A stretch of DNA of 64,000 bases from Asterias rubens (lineage: Eukaryota): assembly GCF_902459465.1 (NCBI RefSeq), contig NC_047080.1, forward strand, positions 558,001-622,000, read 5' to 3'. The notes beneath the pieces are model-generated. The model was not told the DNA's origin. It saw only the letters and a list, made by a program, of their open reading frames with translations, and made no database searches. Shown here piece by piece: positions 38,508 to 50,401 of the stretch (positions within the stretch are counted from its first letter, which is position 1; every line of letters begins with the position of its first letter). The position numbers and the translations under genes were made by a program.

Positions 38508-38885
38508 AGGCAGTGGACACTATTGGTAATTTCCCAAAATAATTATTAGCATAAAACCTTTCTTGGTGACGAGTAATGGGGAGAGGTTGATAGTATAAAA
38601 CATTGTGAGAAACGGCTCCCTCTGAAGTGCCATAGTTTTCGAGAAAGAAATAATTTTCCACGAATTTGATTTCGAGACCTCAGATTTAGAATTTGAGGTC
38701 TCGAAATTAGGCATCTGAATGCACACAACTTCGTGTGACAAGGGTGTTTTTTCTTTCATTATTATCTCGCAACTTCGACGACCAATTGAGCTCAAATTTT
38801 CACAGGTTTGTTATTTTATGCATATGTTGAGATACACCAAGTGAGAAGACTAGTCTTTGACAATTACCAATAGTTTCCAGTGTAT
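38508..38885. mobile_element. Kolobok-type non-autonomous element (TTAA TSD, AG...CT ends)
   Basis: TTAA-AGGCAGTGGACACTATTGGTAATT ... AATTACCAATAGTTTCCAGTGTAT-TTAA (right end slightly diverged). It abuts a truncated copy (about 38270-38503) through a shared TTAA. Other copies at 40013-40356, 44690-45067 and 54991-55362, with partials near 32215-32238 and 61560-61752. Confidence 0.8.
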
Positions 38886-38902
38886 TTAACAGATTGTCTT
38901 AC

Positions 38903-41135
38903 CTGTCCGTTTCTAGGAAATAACAGCACGAAGCTTCCTCTATACTAGCGTCATACTGAAACAAGATTATAAAATAAGAATATTATAATATAGGTTTTCT
39001 TGGTCAGTTTCGGTACAAGTACAGCCAGTTTAATTTCCATGCGTTCGAATTAAAGCGATTTTGCCAGACCAGTTGTTCCTGTTTTTCAAATTGAAAATGT
39101 GTGCATTAAGTTTCTTTTGGTGTCATTCGAGTTTCTATAGCAATAATGTTCAATTGCATATTATTCAATTTAGCAAAACTTGTTAGACTACAAAAGCCCC
39201 TGTGAATTTGAATGCTGTTTTGTTGAATGTGAAGTTGAAAGTTTGTTTGTTAAGTTAAATGACGCAACATTACTTTTGCATAGGTCCAAACGGAATTTAA
39301 TGACCAATTTAAGCGGCATTTAATTTCGTGCGAAATAGAATGGTTTGGTGGTTAAATTGTGTTTTTATTTGCCGAGAAAACATTATACGTGAAATGCAAA
39401 AAAAAAGGCCTCCACCTGTGAAACAAAAAATTCATTGGACATTCACCTTTAAGTTTGAACAGCAAAAGACTAGTCCCTACCATTGTATTTTAAGGGAAAA
39501 AGTCATTGGACATTCGCTTGACAGACATTTTATTTGAATGACCAATGTCCAATATTAAAATAGCAAGGGAGTCATTCAGTTAGGGTTGTACAGTGAGTGT
39601 CACATTGGACAAATAGCCACGTAGATACTCACTGTACAAACCTATACGAATGTTCAATGTCCAATATCGAAACAGCCAGGTAGACATTCACTGTACAAAC
39701 CTATATGAATGTTCGATGTCCAATATCAAACTGTCATTTTATTTACCGGGTAAATAGGAAATCCAAGCACCACGGGATCCTGATGGAAATCTTTCAATTC
39801 TGTCTCGGCCTGATCAAGAACCTTGACCGCCAATACATCACTACAAAACCGAACTTCAATCTCAGCATCCTTATAGATTGGTGAATCGTATTGTTGCTTG
39901 GGTATAACTTCGGTCTCAGCGGAAACTTCAAAAGGAAGAAATAAATTGTATTTAAAATGAGTCCACTGTGAAAACACAAACCACTAGAGGGCCCACAGGA
40001 AACCTCAATTGAAGGCACTGGACACTATAATTGGTAATTACTCAAAATAATTGTTAGCATCAAAACTTACTTTGTAACAAGTAATGGGGAGCTAACATCG
40101 GAGAAGCGGCTCCCTCTGAAGTAACGTGGTTTTCGAGAAAGAAGTTATTTTCCACGAATATGATTTCGAGACCTCAGAATAAGATTCGGAGGTCCCGAAA
40201 TTAAGCATCTGAAAGCAAACAACTTCGTGTGACAAGGATGTTTTTTGATCCATTATTCTCTCGATTTTCACAGGTTTGTTTTTGTATACATATTATGTTG
40301 ATATACACCGAGTGGGAAGACTGGTCTTTAACTTTTACCAATAGTGTCCAGTGTCTTTAAAGATTTTCCTAGGTTCACCACAAACAAATCTGAAACTATA
40401 CATCCTTTTCAACAATAGGAGTGTTTTAATACATTGAATTACTTTGGGCCTTTCAGCTTATTGGATGGGGAGTTCTGGGGCAGTCAGCCCTACTGGTTTG
40501 TGCATGAAGTCCACTTTTTTGAAAAGGAATTACATGGAGATAACAGGTGTTAGTTGCCAGACGAAAAGAGATGTGTTATTCTAACCTCTTTCTTAGATGG
40601 AGTTTACATGCACTCTGAACACCTCAGTGTCAGATACGTGTCACGCGGGGCCGTTTCTGTGTCATTGACCAATAATTGATGCGTTCGATTAGCTTCCCTG
40701 GGTCGACCCCGGTCTGCCCCCGGTCTGCCCCGGTACGTTCGAGCGGCTTTGACGTCATTCCAGGGGCTTACCCGGGTCAGCCCATAGTGCCCTGCTTGTT
40801 GTGGAGTGGGTCACTTGGGGTTAGCCCCGAGATGTATGACGTCACCACGAGAGGGTGAGTGATCGTTCGATTAGCTCTTGGAAGGGGCTCATCCGAATGA
40901 GCACCGCGGGGTCGACACAGGGAAGCTATAAGAGATGTTAAATTTGCATCGGGGATAAACTATAGGGAAGCGAATCGAACGCACCCAATCTGAAATATCT
41001 TCTCTGGGATTTTCCTCCCTAACACCTAAAACTGAAACTTACCTGAAACACCTAGAGGGGGCGGTATGCTTATCGAATAGTAATGTCCAGTTCCTGATCC
41101 ATAATCAATCGTTTTCTCAACCTTTTCGCAAGGAT
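38903..41135 (-). pseudogene. Three in-phase spliced exons of an unidentified host gene, inside the Polinton
   Basis: Exons 41135-41043 (phase 1-1), 39925-39747 (1-0) and 38955-38903 (0-2), with donors GTAAGT, GTAAAT, GTAAGA and pyrimidine-rich acceptors. Joined peptide: DPCEKVEKTIDYGSGTGHYYSISIPPPLGVSVSAETEVIPKQQYDSPIYKDAEIEVRFCSDVLAVKVLDQAETELKDFHQDPVVLGFPIYPYDASIEEASCCYFLETDR. Confidence 0.62.
40680..40983. mobile_element. MITE with TGCGTTCGATTAGCTTCCC-type inverted ends
   Basis: tgcgttcgattagcttccctgggtcgacccc pairs imperfectly with ggggtcgacacagggaagcta...gaatcgaacgca. Confidence 0.55.
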
Positions 41136-41384
41136 CTGCGGTTTTGTTCATAAAAACACAGAAACAGGAATGTTAATATCGGTTTTCCCGGCCAACTTCA
41201 GCAAAAATCAATTCATTTTTACATCCGGCTTATTCAATTTCGTTTGATTCAGCATTCGGCAATCAAGGAGTAATTAAATTTCACCAGTCTAGCGTTCACT
41301 GGTCAAAATAAGATCAATCAATTTTCATTATGCCACTAAGGCCTCATTTAATTTTGTGTAAAAGCCAACAGCAAGAGCTGGTCG

Positions 41385-41535
41385 CTCCTGTCATGGCATC
41401 ACGCCGAACCACCCATCTGCTACCTTGGTGATAGAGCCTTCACTACTGCCGCTCCCAAACGGTGGAATAAACTCCCAATATCTCTTCGTAATCAAAAATC
41501 TGTCAATAATGTTCAAAACACTGCTCAAAACTAAC
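41385..41535 (+). mobile_element. L2/CR1-group LINE 3' fragment
   Basis: Encodes GDRAFTTAAPKRWNKLPISLRN, the typical RT C-terminal GxRAF...APxLWNxLP motif. Confidence 0.65.
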
Positions 41536-42400
41536 CTGATCTGGCCCAATTTCATAGAGCTGCTAAGCACCACAATTTGCTTAGCACGACATTTTTTGCC
41601 TCGATAAAAACACGATTACCAACCAAATTTCCACGTGATTTTCAGGATAAGGAAACAACAGCTGAATACCAGTAACAAGCAATATGCAACAAATGAAAAT
41701 TTGGTTGGTAATCATTTATTATTCAACAATTTGCACGGGCTTATTATAATGCTTAAAGAAATGTTTTAATTTAATTTAATTTAAGTAAGTAAATCAATTT
41801 GTAGGTTTAGAAGCTTTTAATTTGCAACTTTTTTCTTAAACTTTAATCAGCTTCCCAGCTAACACACAAAACGTTGCCAGAAATTTGTCTACTTCCGATC
41901 CGGCGGCCGCAAACGCTTTTTTAGCATAATGAGGGATGCGCCGTTTTGCAATTCGATGGCTTCTGCGTGCACAACAACAATCACCAGAGCTTTTCTGAGC
42001 GTAACTCTCACCCCTGATGATGGAAGGATGTGTCCTTAAATACCCCATCGTTTCGTTAGATCTTTACTTTAGAGAACTAGTGGCTGTAAAATCAGTTGAG
42101 TATAGTATGAGCGAAGGTGTAAATTCAAACTCAAAGTCGTACTTCTTTATACCCAAACTTAGTTCACCATTCACGACTCGGTGACCCAGGACCACACAAT
42201 GAACCAATCAACACACAGAACGTACGTGACGTCACGGACTGTCTGGCTGTGTCCGTGACATAGCCAGGATGACTTCGTCCGTCACGTTGTAAACACGTCT
42301 TTGTTACATAACGACTTGTCACGACTTGTCCGTGACGTCACACGGGTGACTTTATCAACAGACGAATCTTGTTGACTCCTATCTTTTACTATTTCGTTAA

Positions 42401-42997
42401 CCATTTATCCACTGGACCGCCCAGCCACCTAAAGCGATACACTGTATTATGCGGTAGGAGGAAACCTCGCTATAGCTTTTGTTTGTAGAAAATAAGAAAC
42501 ATCAAAATAAAACTAGGTAGTTAATAGTATGCCTACGCATTGGTGAATCCATCTAGTATTTATAGATCATTATTCATTTGTCTCTTCACAGTTGACTTGA
42601 CGAAGCTAATGATGATGAAATAATTTAGCACTTACCCAACAAAACGCTTATTAGTAAACACAAAGGAAACTGTTTTTATCATTCATGGTGATATTGTCGA
42701 AAACTTATGCCTTCGCAAATAATCAGCATTGAGCCAGATAAAAGCCTTGAAAAGCTATTGTATCCATTTTATCATTATACAAGAATAATCGCCATAAATA
42801 TTACCGTAGGGTTTTTTACTGTTCCCCAATGAGGACTTGTACAAATATTACCGAAAGGGTCAAAAATTGTGCGTTTAATTATAAATAATAAGCCTTGGCT
42901 ATCTTTTGAACTACGATTTCATTAAAGTTACTGCAAGAATCTTGAAAAGAAAAACAAAATTATTTCGGCAAACTCGAGCGGTGCAGGGACTAGAGGG
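42401..42997. mobile_element. piggyBac-type non-autonomous element, 597 bp, TTAA TSD
   Basis: TTAA-CC...GG-TTAA with imperfect TIRs (CCATTTATCCACTGGACCGC vs CCCTCTAGTCCCTGCACCGC). The empty site with a single TTAA is visible in the left arm at 35389-35392. Confidence 0.8.
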
Positions 42998-43406
42998 TTA
43001 ACTGTTCCTTGAATTTATTTGTTTGTCACTTGACCCGTTGCGTGGTCATGACATTCCCTCACTTCGTGGTGACTTTATACAGGGCAGGTCACCTTACGTT
43101 CCTTCCAAAAAGGATCCTCAGCAATAACGGCTTCAGACCCTTTTGTTCCTCATTTCCATTCATCATACGCTGTCCCGTACACACTCGTACGTGTGTGATC
43201 ACTCAACCGAAAACACCTATTATACTACGCGCTATAACCACACTACACAAGAGGGTCTTGGAAGAGGAGGGAAAAGAGGAAATTGCATCAAGGGAGGATG
43301 GAGAGGGAGGCCGAGGGTCTTGGAGGGGAGGGTCAGATGGGAGGGAGGCAGAGAGGAAGAGGGATTTGGGAGGTTATGGGGTACGAAACGCCCCTCCCAT
43401 ACTACT

Positions 43407-43919
43407 TATGTTACTATGCTACCTGGGTATTGTTTGGAGTCTCTCTTCACGAAATATGTTACTATGCTACCTGGGTATTGTTTGGAGTCTCTCTTCACGA
43501 AATATGTTACTATGCTACCTTGGTATTGTTTGGAGTCTCTCCTCACGAAATATGGTACTATGCTACCTGGGTATTGTTTGGAGTCTCTCCTCACGAAATA
43601 TGTTACTATGCTACCTGGGTATTGTTTGGAGTCTCTCTTCACGAAATATGTTACTATGCTACCTGGGTATTGTTTGGAGTCTCTCCTCACGAAATATGTT
43701 ACTATGCTACCTGGGTATTGTTTGGAGTCTCTCTTCACGAAATATGTTACTTTGCTACCTTGGTATTGTTTGGAGTCTCTCCTCACGAAATATGTTACTA
43801 TGCTACCTGGGTATTGTTTGGAGTCTCTCCTCACGAAATATGTTACTATGCTACCTGGGTATTGTTTGGAGTCTCTCTCCACGAAATATGTTACTATGCT
43901 ACCTGGGTATTGTTTGGAG
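43407..43919. repeat. 48-bp minisatellite, right part (about 10.7 units), same orientation as the left part
   Basis: Same unit as 34602-34972, resuming with the duplicated TATGTT. Confidence 0.95.
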
Positions 43920-44278
43920 CCATTTAACTCAGTAAACTTTTGTCACCCTGGTTCCAAGATTTAACCAGCCTCGCTACCATGTACATGACAGCGCCTGGTA
44001 GCTTTGCGTAAGTCTATTCTTGGTTCGTTTTCCAACTTTCTAGAAGAGTATATGAGATAGTGACGTATTGGCCTACCCGTAGCCGATGACATGTAACACT
44101 GTGAGGTGCGTCTTTTCGGCCACCCCCCCCCCCCCCACCTTATGTTTGTTGGTGTGTTGTGCGCATGTGATGTTTATTTCTGCACCTGTATGATCCATGT
44201 TAACCTCGACATTTGGCGACAAGACTCGGTCTATATAGGTGGTGCTCTACTTTGGTTTGAGCGTCTCCCATCTACAGG

Positions 44279-47200
44279 ATGGTGCGGACCTTGTTCATCC
44301 TCCTGGTCACAATGGGTAAGCATCTGTTGAATTTTCAGTTTGCTCTTTTGTGTGAGTGTTGGCTCTGAGAACAGCCGGTTTGGTGATGACGTTTCATATA
44401 GTATACTCTGCTCGTCTTCAGGAGAAACAGATTCTAAAAAGCGGTTTGCGCATTGTACGAGGGCAGTCGGTGTGTTGTTTATAATTAGGTTGATAGTTTA
44501 ATGTTGAATATCTCTGTAAAGTACACTCAATTGTGACTATTAAGTAGGAAAAAGGGCTCAATTGGCAAAGAAATGTCAATCATGAAAAATGGACGTGGGG
44601 CGGTATACAGAAGTTAAAATTAAAAAGCATCCACTTTTCAAAAAAGATCATTAAATTTCAGTGGCCGCATGCTCGTCCAATTTCGTTAAAGGCAGTGGAC
44701 ACTATTGGTAATTGTCAAAGACTAGTCTTCACAGTTGGTGTATCTCAACATATGCACAAAATAACAAACCTGTGAAAATTTGAGCTCAATCGGTCATCGG
44801 AGTTGCGAGATAACTATAAAAGAGAAAAAAACACCCATGTCACACAAAGTGTGCTTTTAGATGGTTGATTTCGAGATCTCAAATTCTTAACTTGAGGTCT
44901 CGAAATCAAATTCGAGGAAAATTGCTTCTCTCTCGAAAACTACGTCTCTTCAGAGGGAGCTGTTTCTCACAATGTTTTATACCATCAACCTCTCCCCATT
45001 ACTTGTAATAAAGAAAGGTTTTATGATGACAATTATTTTGAGTAATTACCAATAGTGTCCACTGCCTTTAAAGCCACCAACAAAAGCTGGTTAACAATTC
45101 ATGTTCATCAAGTGTTAAAATAATTTTGAAAGCCTGTTTATTGAATTTTGTTTTACTGAAAATGGCCGGAAAAAATATGTTATATAAACACATTCGACTT
45201 GAAGACGAAGAGAAAATAAAATAAAGATGCAGCAGCAATAACTATTTTTAAAAATAATAATAATAATAATAACAATAACAGCAACGGCAAAAAGGGATGC
45301 ATGCAGTGTAAATAAATCGAGCATTTCAATTTGCGTTGAAGCGCAATTTATAAAGGTCAACTCGTTGGTCCTTGAAAACAGAACGCGTGTTATCAGTGTG
45401 CCAACTGAATTGCAACTGCGCGAAGACGCGAACTTGAACACTATTGATTCGTCGTCGGTTTGCTTATTAGTCGAACGCATACTTTTTGGTCCTGAAACTT
45501 GCTGAAAATATTGACACCAATCCTTTTTTTTCTTTTTTCTTTTTTTACAAAAATCGAGCTAGAGAGGAGGGTGCCAAATAATACATGTAGTAACTTTAAT
45601 AGGCACATGAAATAATTAGAAGGAAAAAGTGGTTCTTAATTGGGGGGGGGGCTTCCATCCAACCCCGGCTACACATTACTAATCCATAGACATATTACTC
45701 AGATGGGATTCGGACCCACGACCTTTGCAAGAGCTGAGCTTGGAAAAGTACTGAGTATACAGTGCTAACACACATCGGTGAATATGGGTGAAAATATAAT
45801 TTCTTTATATCCCCCGACGCAAATTATTTACACGTATTAAAAAACGATGATGCTTTCCCCTTTTCTTAGTTCTCTCTTAAATATTAATAATAATTTTCCT
45901 TTTAACAGCGTGCAGGACGAGCTTGATTCATGCTCATCATAAAATGATTTGCTACGCCGGCACTGAGCCGGATCACACGGGCAAAGTGAGGTGGGTGCTG
46001 CCCTACAGCGACCCGTGTTCTTGCACCGAGATACGGCCCGGTGGCCACAACACTCAGGCACCAACCCGGACATTCACTCCGCGGTATTTGAAGTCATTGG
46101 TTATCACTAAAGACAGGCAGTACATCCAAAGTCTGCTAAGCTGCAAATCACCACCCAGTAAGTAATTATCTTTCAGTCTCTAAAAGGGGAAATGACGGAA
46201 CGTATTGCCGCCACATGAATAAACGAAACCTCTATTTTATCGTTTACGTACACGATAAGTTATTATGTACGTACACGATAAGTTTAGACTATCGTGTACG
46301 AAAAAACTGGGTTTTTTTATTCGTATCGTGGCAATACGATTCCATAGGAAATAAAGTATTGTTTTATTAAAATGTATTTCATCCTTAAGATTTGGGTGTA
46401 CATGCCATCCAACCCAAGATAACAAATGCTCGAACATACGTTTTTAAGCCAAAATTTCCCCATCTAAGGCAACGTCACATTTAATTGAACAATGCTAGCC
46501 TAATCTCCATATGCCTCAATAAGTGATATTTGGTGGGTGGGGAGAGGGTTGTGTGCGCCCCCCCCCCCCCCTCCCCAGTGACGGCCGTGGTGATTTTGAA
46601 GTGAATACACGAACGAAACTCGACCACGCACCCATAAAAAATTATCTCTCATACCTTCTACCACCACCCATATCTCTCATACCTTCTACAATGACTTTCA
46701 TTGTAGAAGGTATGAGAGATATGGGTGCGTGGTCGAGTTTCGTTCGTGTATATTCACTTTAAAATCACAACGGCCGTACTATTAGACTTGTGGACAAGTC
46801 GTTAAATCGGCCCCACGCGCTGAGATAGTGCTCCCCCGCCAACATTGTTCGACGGAGTCGAAATCGGGGAGCCATCAGTTCGCGCGAGAGCAGTGAGTTC
46901 GCGCGAGACAATGTTGGCGGGGGAGCACTATCTCAGCGCGTGGGGCCGATTTAACGACTTGTCCACAAGTCTACCGTACTATAGAAGCATTAGGCGTACC
47001 GTCGGATGTTTCCCGTTCCAGTCTGTCTCATAATAAATAATAATAACAATTAAAAAAGCGTTTTGCTTTAATTATATTAATATTAGGTCTACCCCTCAAA
47101 AATAAATTTGACCGCATGCCAGCTCAAGCGGGAAAATAAAACGATAAAATGCAATTCATATTATTTATCCAATTTTGACCAATAATTATGAGGTGAACGC

Positions 47201-48396
47201 TCCGTTAAAACCCACTGACACAATGTTCCCTCTGGAGTGAGGCAAGCCTTTTGTCACTGCCTTTGTAGAGTGGATTGGACAGCTTAATTATATAGCCATT
47301 CTATAGCCTACTCGACTGTATAACAGTTTTAACGATTTTAACAGTTTTAAAAATTAGAATACACTTGAGTTGTAGTCTTGTCTGCAGGTCTTCTGTTTGT
47401 TGCTGTAGTTTTATACTGTCTGGCCATGATTCTATTTGCAGTGGTAGGCCCTTTTAAAAGAATATACCCACAACAAAGCAGCTCTATTTGCCCTATTTTC
47501 TTGGAAAGAGAGACAGTGATACATTGAATTTAATTCAATTCAACGGCAAAACCGTTCATTTAAGGAACATTACAGAATTGGTTTTTGCGAACAAAACAGT
47601 TGCTGTCAGTGAAAGCATTTTATGTAATCCACCATTTATACATAAACTGACAAACCTGTAGAAGTTTGAGATCGATCGGCCGTCTGGGTCACGAAAGAAT
47701 AGTGAAAAACCGAAATATTTCAAGTGATGTTTTCCACTATCATCATCATTAGACTTGTGTAAGTTTTATGTAAATCTGCGATCTTCACGATTTTTGTTTC
47801 TTACCAGTTCTGTAACGTTCCTTTAATTGTTATAAGTCACTGGGTCACGACATGAGCACTAATATAAGAAGCAACTACAAAATGTGTTATGATATATCTA
47901 CAGCAACTAATGATCAATGCCAAATATTCAAAGTTACTCAAAACATATTTTGAAGTCTCTCAGGCTCTTGATAAGCAACATTGAGTTATAGCTGCCGGGC
48001 AACCTCGGTAGTCTAGTTGTTAAGACACACATCGGTGTATGGGTAAAAACCAAAACTAATTATGTGATAGTTTATCACTTTGAAAACGTGTGTTCGTTCT
48101 TTTTCAGTTGTATGTGAGAACAAAGAATTCACAATTAACTGTGGAGACGGTGAGACCATCAGTGTAAAGTGGGCCCTCTACGGTTTCGATGCTGACAGTA
48201 CCCATCGTTGTTTCGTCAATGCAGTCCACTGTGCAGGAAATGATGACGACACGTCGCTTGAGAAAGTGAAGACCGAATGCCAGGGGAAACGACATGCTCT
48301 TTCACCCCAACTAATGAGTGGTATGGATCAGACCCTTGTGAAAACGTTGGGAAGTACATCAACGTAACGTATGTCTGCCTGCATGACAGTGCGTGA
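44279..48396 (+). pseudogene. Secreted SUEL/rhamnose-binding-type lectin gene with a 1-nt frameshift (191 aa if repaired)
   Basis: Exons 44279-44315 (MVRTLFILLVTM, donor GTAAGC), 45909-46157 (phase 1-1) and 48108-48396 (VCE...ALYGF...CQGKR-[CA]-CSF...YGSDPC...KYINVTYVC). The paralog has CGA CAA TGC where this copy has CGA CA TGC (48293-48294). Confidence 0.72.
46581..46973. mobile_element. Two adjacent palindromic MITEs (46581-46777 and 46783-46973)
   Basis: Arms of about 55 bp and about 65 bp are near-perfect inverted repeats. The second shares TIRs with 1720-1878. Confidence 0.8.
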
Positions 48397-48859
48397 ATAA
48401 CCATAAAGCATGTGCACTCTCGGTAAACCCATCTGATAGGCCCCTTATGAAGAAATAATTCAGGGATTGGAAATGGACCCTTCCCGTGAAATATGCTAAT
48501 CACATTCACGCATGCGTACAGACCCTGTTGGTTGGCAAACGCCATACGCCTCTCTTAATACTTATGCATGACGTCATAATTCTTACCCAAAATGAGGCTA
48601 TGGGCGCACTTCCCCCATCACTTGCAGTGGCTGCGCCCATTTGAGTTAGCATTGTGACGTACCTCATGCATAAATATTAAGAGAGGCGTATAGAGTTGTG
48701 CACTAAGCAGACGCGCAATCGCGTCTGCGTCACGCACCCTTTAGCCGTGTACAAAACAGCGCGATGTTCCCTCATTTTGCCAACCAAAATGTTAGTGCGC
48801 AGGCGCTATGTGCAATTAACATATTTCATGGGAAGGGTCTATTGCTGAAAGTAGTTTAA

Positions 48860-49162
48860 AGCCATTATACACTTTCGGTGAACAGTATTGCCAAGTCCCA
48901 CACATGGTGTATCACAACTTATATATAAAACAACAAACCTGTTAAAATTTAGGCTCAATCGGTCATCGGAGTCGGGAGAAAATAACGGGAAAACCCACTC
49001 TTGTTTCCGCGCGTTTCGCCGTGTCATGACATGTGTTTAAAATAAATCCGTAATTCTCGCTAACGAGAATTTATATTGTTTTACCGTTTTCTCAAAAAGT
49101 AAAGCATTTCATGGACTAATATTTCAAGAGAAGTTTTTTTTTACCGAAAGGGTCCAATGGCT
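48860..49162. mobile_element. Second Kolobok-type non-autonomous family
   Basis: TTAA-AGCCATTATACACTTTCGGT ... ACCGAAAGGGTCCAATGGCT-TTAA. A longer near-identical copy lies at 62805-63164. Confidence 0.8.
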
Positions 49163-50055
49163 TTAAAAGTTGGCTACTTTTGTACCTATTATTATTATGC
49201 CAGATTGCCTGCTATATACCGAACAAATAGTTTGAACCCTCGAACAGCATCTCTTGCCACACCGGCACAGCACCAAGGGGGATGTAGGTTATAAACACAA
49301 TATACATTGTAGCTGGGTCCTAGCTCTATGCTAGACACTCACCAAGCATTGGTATACAATGATAGGCGTGGCGTTTCGAAGCACATGCTATGTGGGAGTT
49401 CCTCAATAATGCAGTGCAGCCATAACAACTATAGACCTTTTCGCAATTTTAATTGAGTGCTAACTGTTGAATGTTGTGCATGCTGATCTCCCTAGCTAGC
49501 GATTAAGGTTCAACGCCAGTTTCAAGAACAGTTTGCACCTCTTCCCACGCCTTACCTGTGCCTACCGAATATTAAAGGTATAGACCTAGTCTATATATGG
49601 CTAAATCCATGGTGCTGCAACAGTAGGCTAGGCCCTAAAACCACAAAACAAGCGTTTGGAATGTGCTCAGATTAACAACATAATGGGTTTTATTTTATTC
49701 ATGTAATTCGTCTATAATCTAGCCTATTATGACATGATACACTTACAGCTTCGAAGAGGCACATTTTTCTAAGAGGTGCGCCCTCTCTGTCCACTTTAAG
49801 TCATTTTCTTTTACTCTTCATGTTTTGTATATATTATTGCTATTGAATGAGCGGTTGTGGTGTGACAATATCACTTCAAGGACAATAAAACATAAATTAA
49901 AATTGCTTTTATTGTTGTTGCTTTGTTTATTCATTGTCAGTCTTGATTTTCAGATGCAATCTTGAAGATTATGTAGTCATCCATGGGGTTAAGTTCAACA
50001 GTTCAATATCAATTCCCATTGCCTAGACAAGTCCACACACACAGTAGTATGTCAC

Positions 50056-50318
50056 ACGCCTGCAACCGTGGACCTCCTTTTGTCACTCTTTTGTTTTTAC
50101 TCAAACTTTTTTATGCAGCCGCTCCCATTGGTTTTGTACACGTTTTCGAACTGTGGAACCGTACCCTGTATGGTAAATCAGGGACCTATAACAAAAGAGG
50201 ACACTTTATAGGGTCCACAGTCTACGAAAGGTCCACAATTGGAAAACGTGTTCAAAACTAATCGGAGCTGCTACAAACAATAAATGAGGGAAATTATGAG
50301 GGGCACGGTTGCAGGCGT
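50056..50318. mobile_element. Degenerate fold-back/MITE downstream of the minus-strand lectin
   Basis: acgcctgcaaccgtg / cacggttgcaggcgt ends with internal imperfect inverted symmetry. Confidence 0.55.
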
Positions 50319-50401
50319 ATAAGGTGTGATTTTGTGGGAGCATTGCGTCCAGGGTTGGGAGGGGGTACTTCCACCGAAGTGCCTCTTCTTGCACTCATTA
50401 T

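Larger units (their letters stand above)
34973..43406. mobile_element. Non-autonomous Polinton/Maverick-derived element, 8434 bp, long inverted arms, 6-bp TSD TATGTT
   Basis: Starts AGTAGTATGGGAGGGGCG and ends CGCCCCTCCCATACTACT. TATGTT lies at 34967-34972 and 43407-43412, overlapping exactly 6 bp in minisatellite phase. The left arm 34973-38240 is mirrored by the right arm 41715-43406, which has an internal deletion and a MITE insertion. No pPolB, integrase, ATPase or capsid ORF. Confidence 0.85.

Noticed and set aside
40457-40546. Plus-strand exon-like segment (LLDGEFWGSQPYWFVHEVHFFEKELHGDN)
   Set aside because: Weak donor (GTGTTA) and no compatible neighbouring exons found.
34602-43919. 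CRISPR-like array
   Set aside because: The repeats are contiguous 48-bp units with no unique spacers, in a eukaryotic context without cas genes.
45115-45480. 121-aa minus-strand ORF
   Set aside because: Runs into (ATT)n low-complexity sequence, has no recognisable motif or splice partners, and lies antisense within a lectin intron.
49556-49610. Possible first exon (MDLAIYRLGLYL*YSVGT, donor GTAAGG, phase 1) for the captured exons
   Set aside because: Contains an in-frame TAA, is weakly hydrophobic, and would require an 8.4-kb intron spanning another gene.
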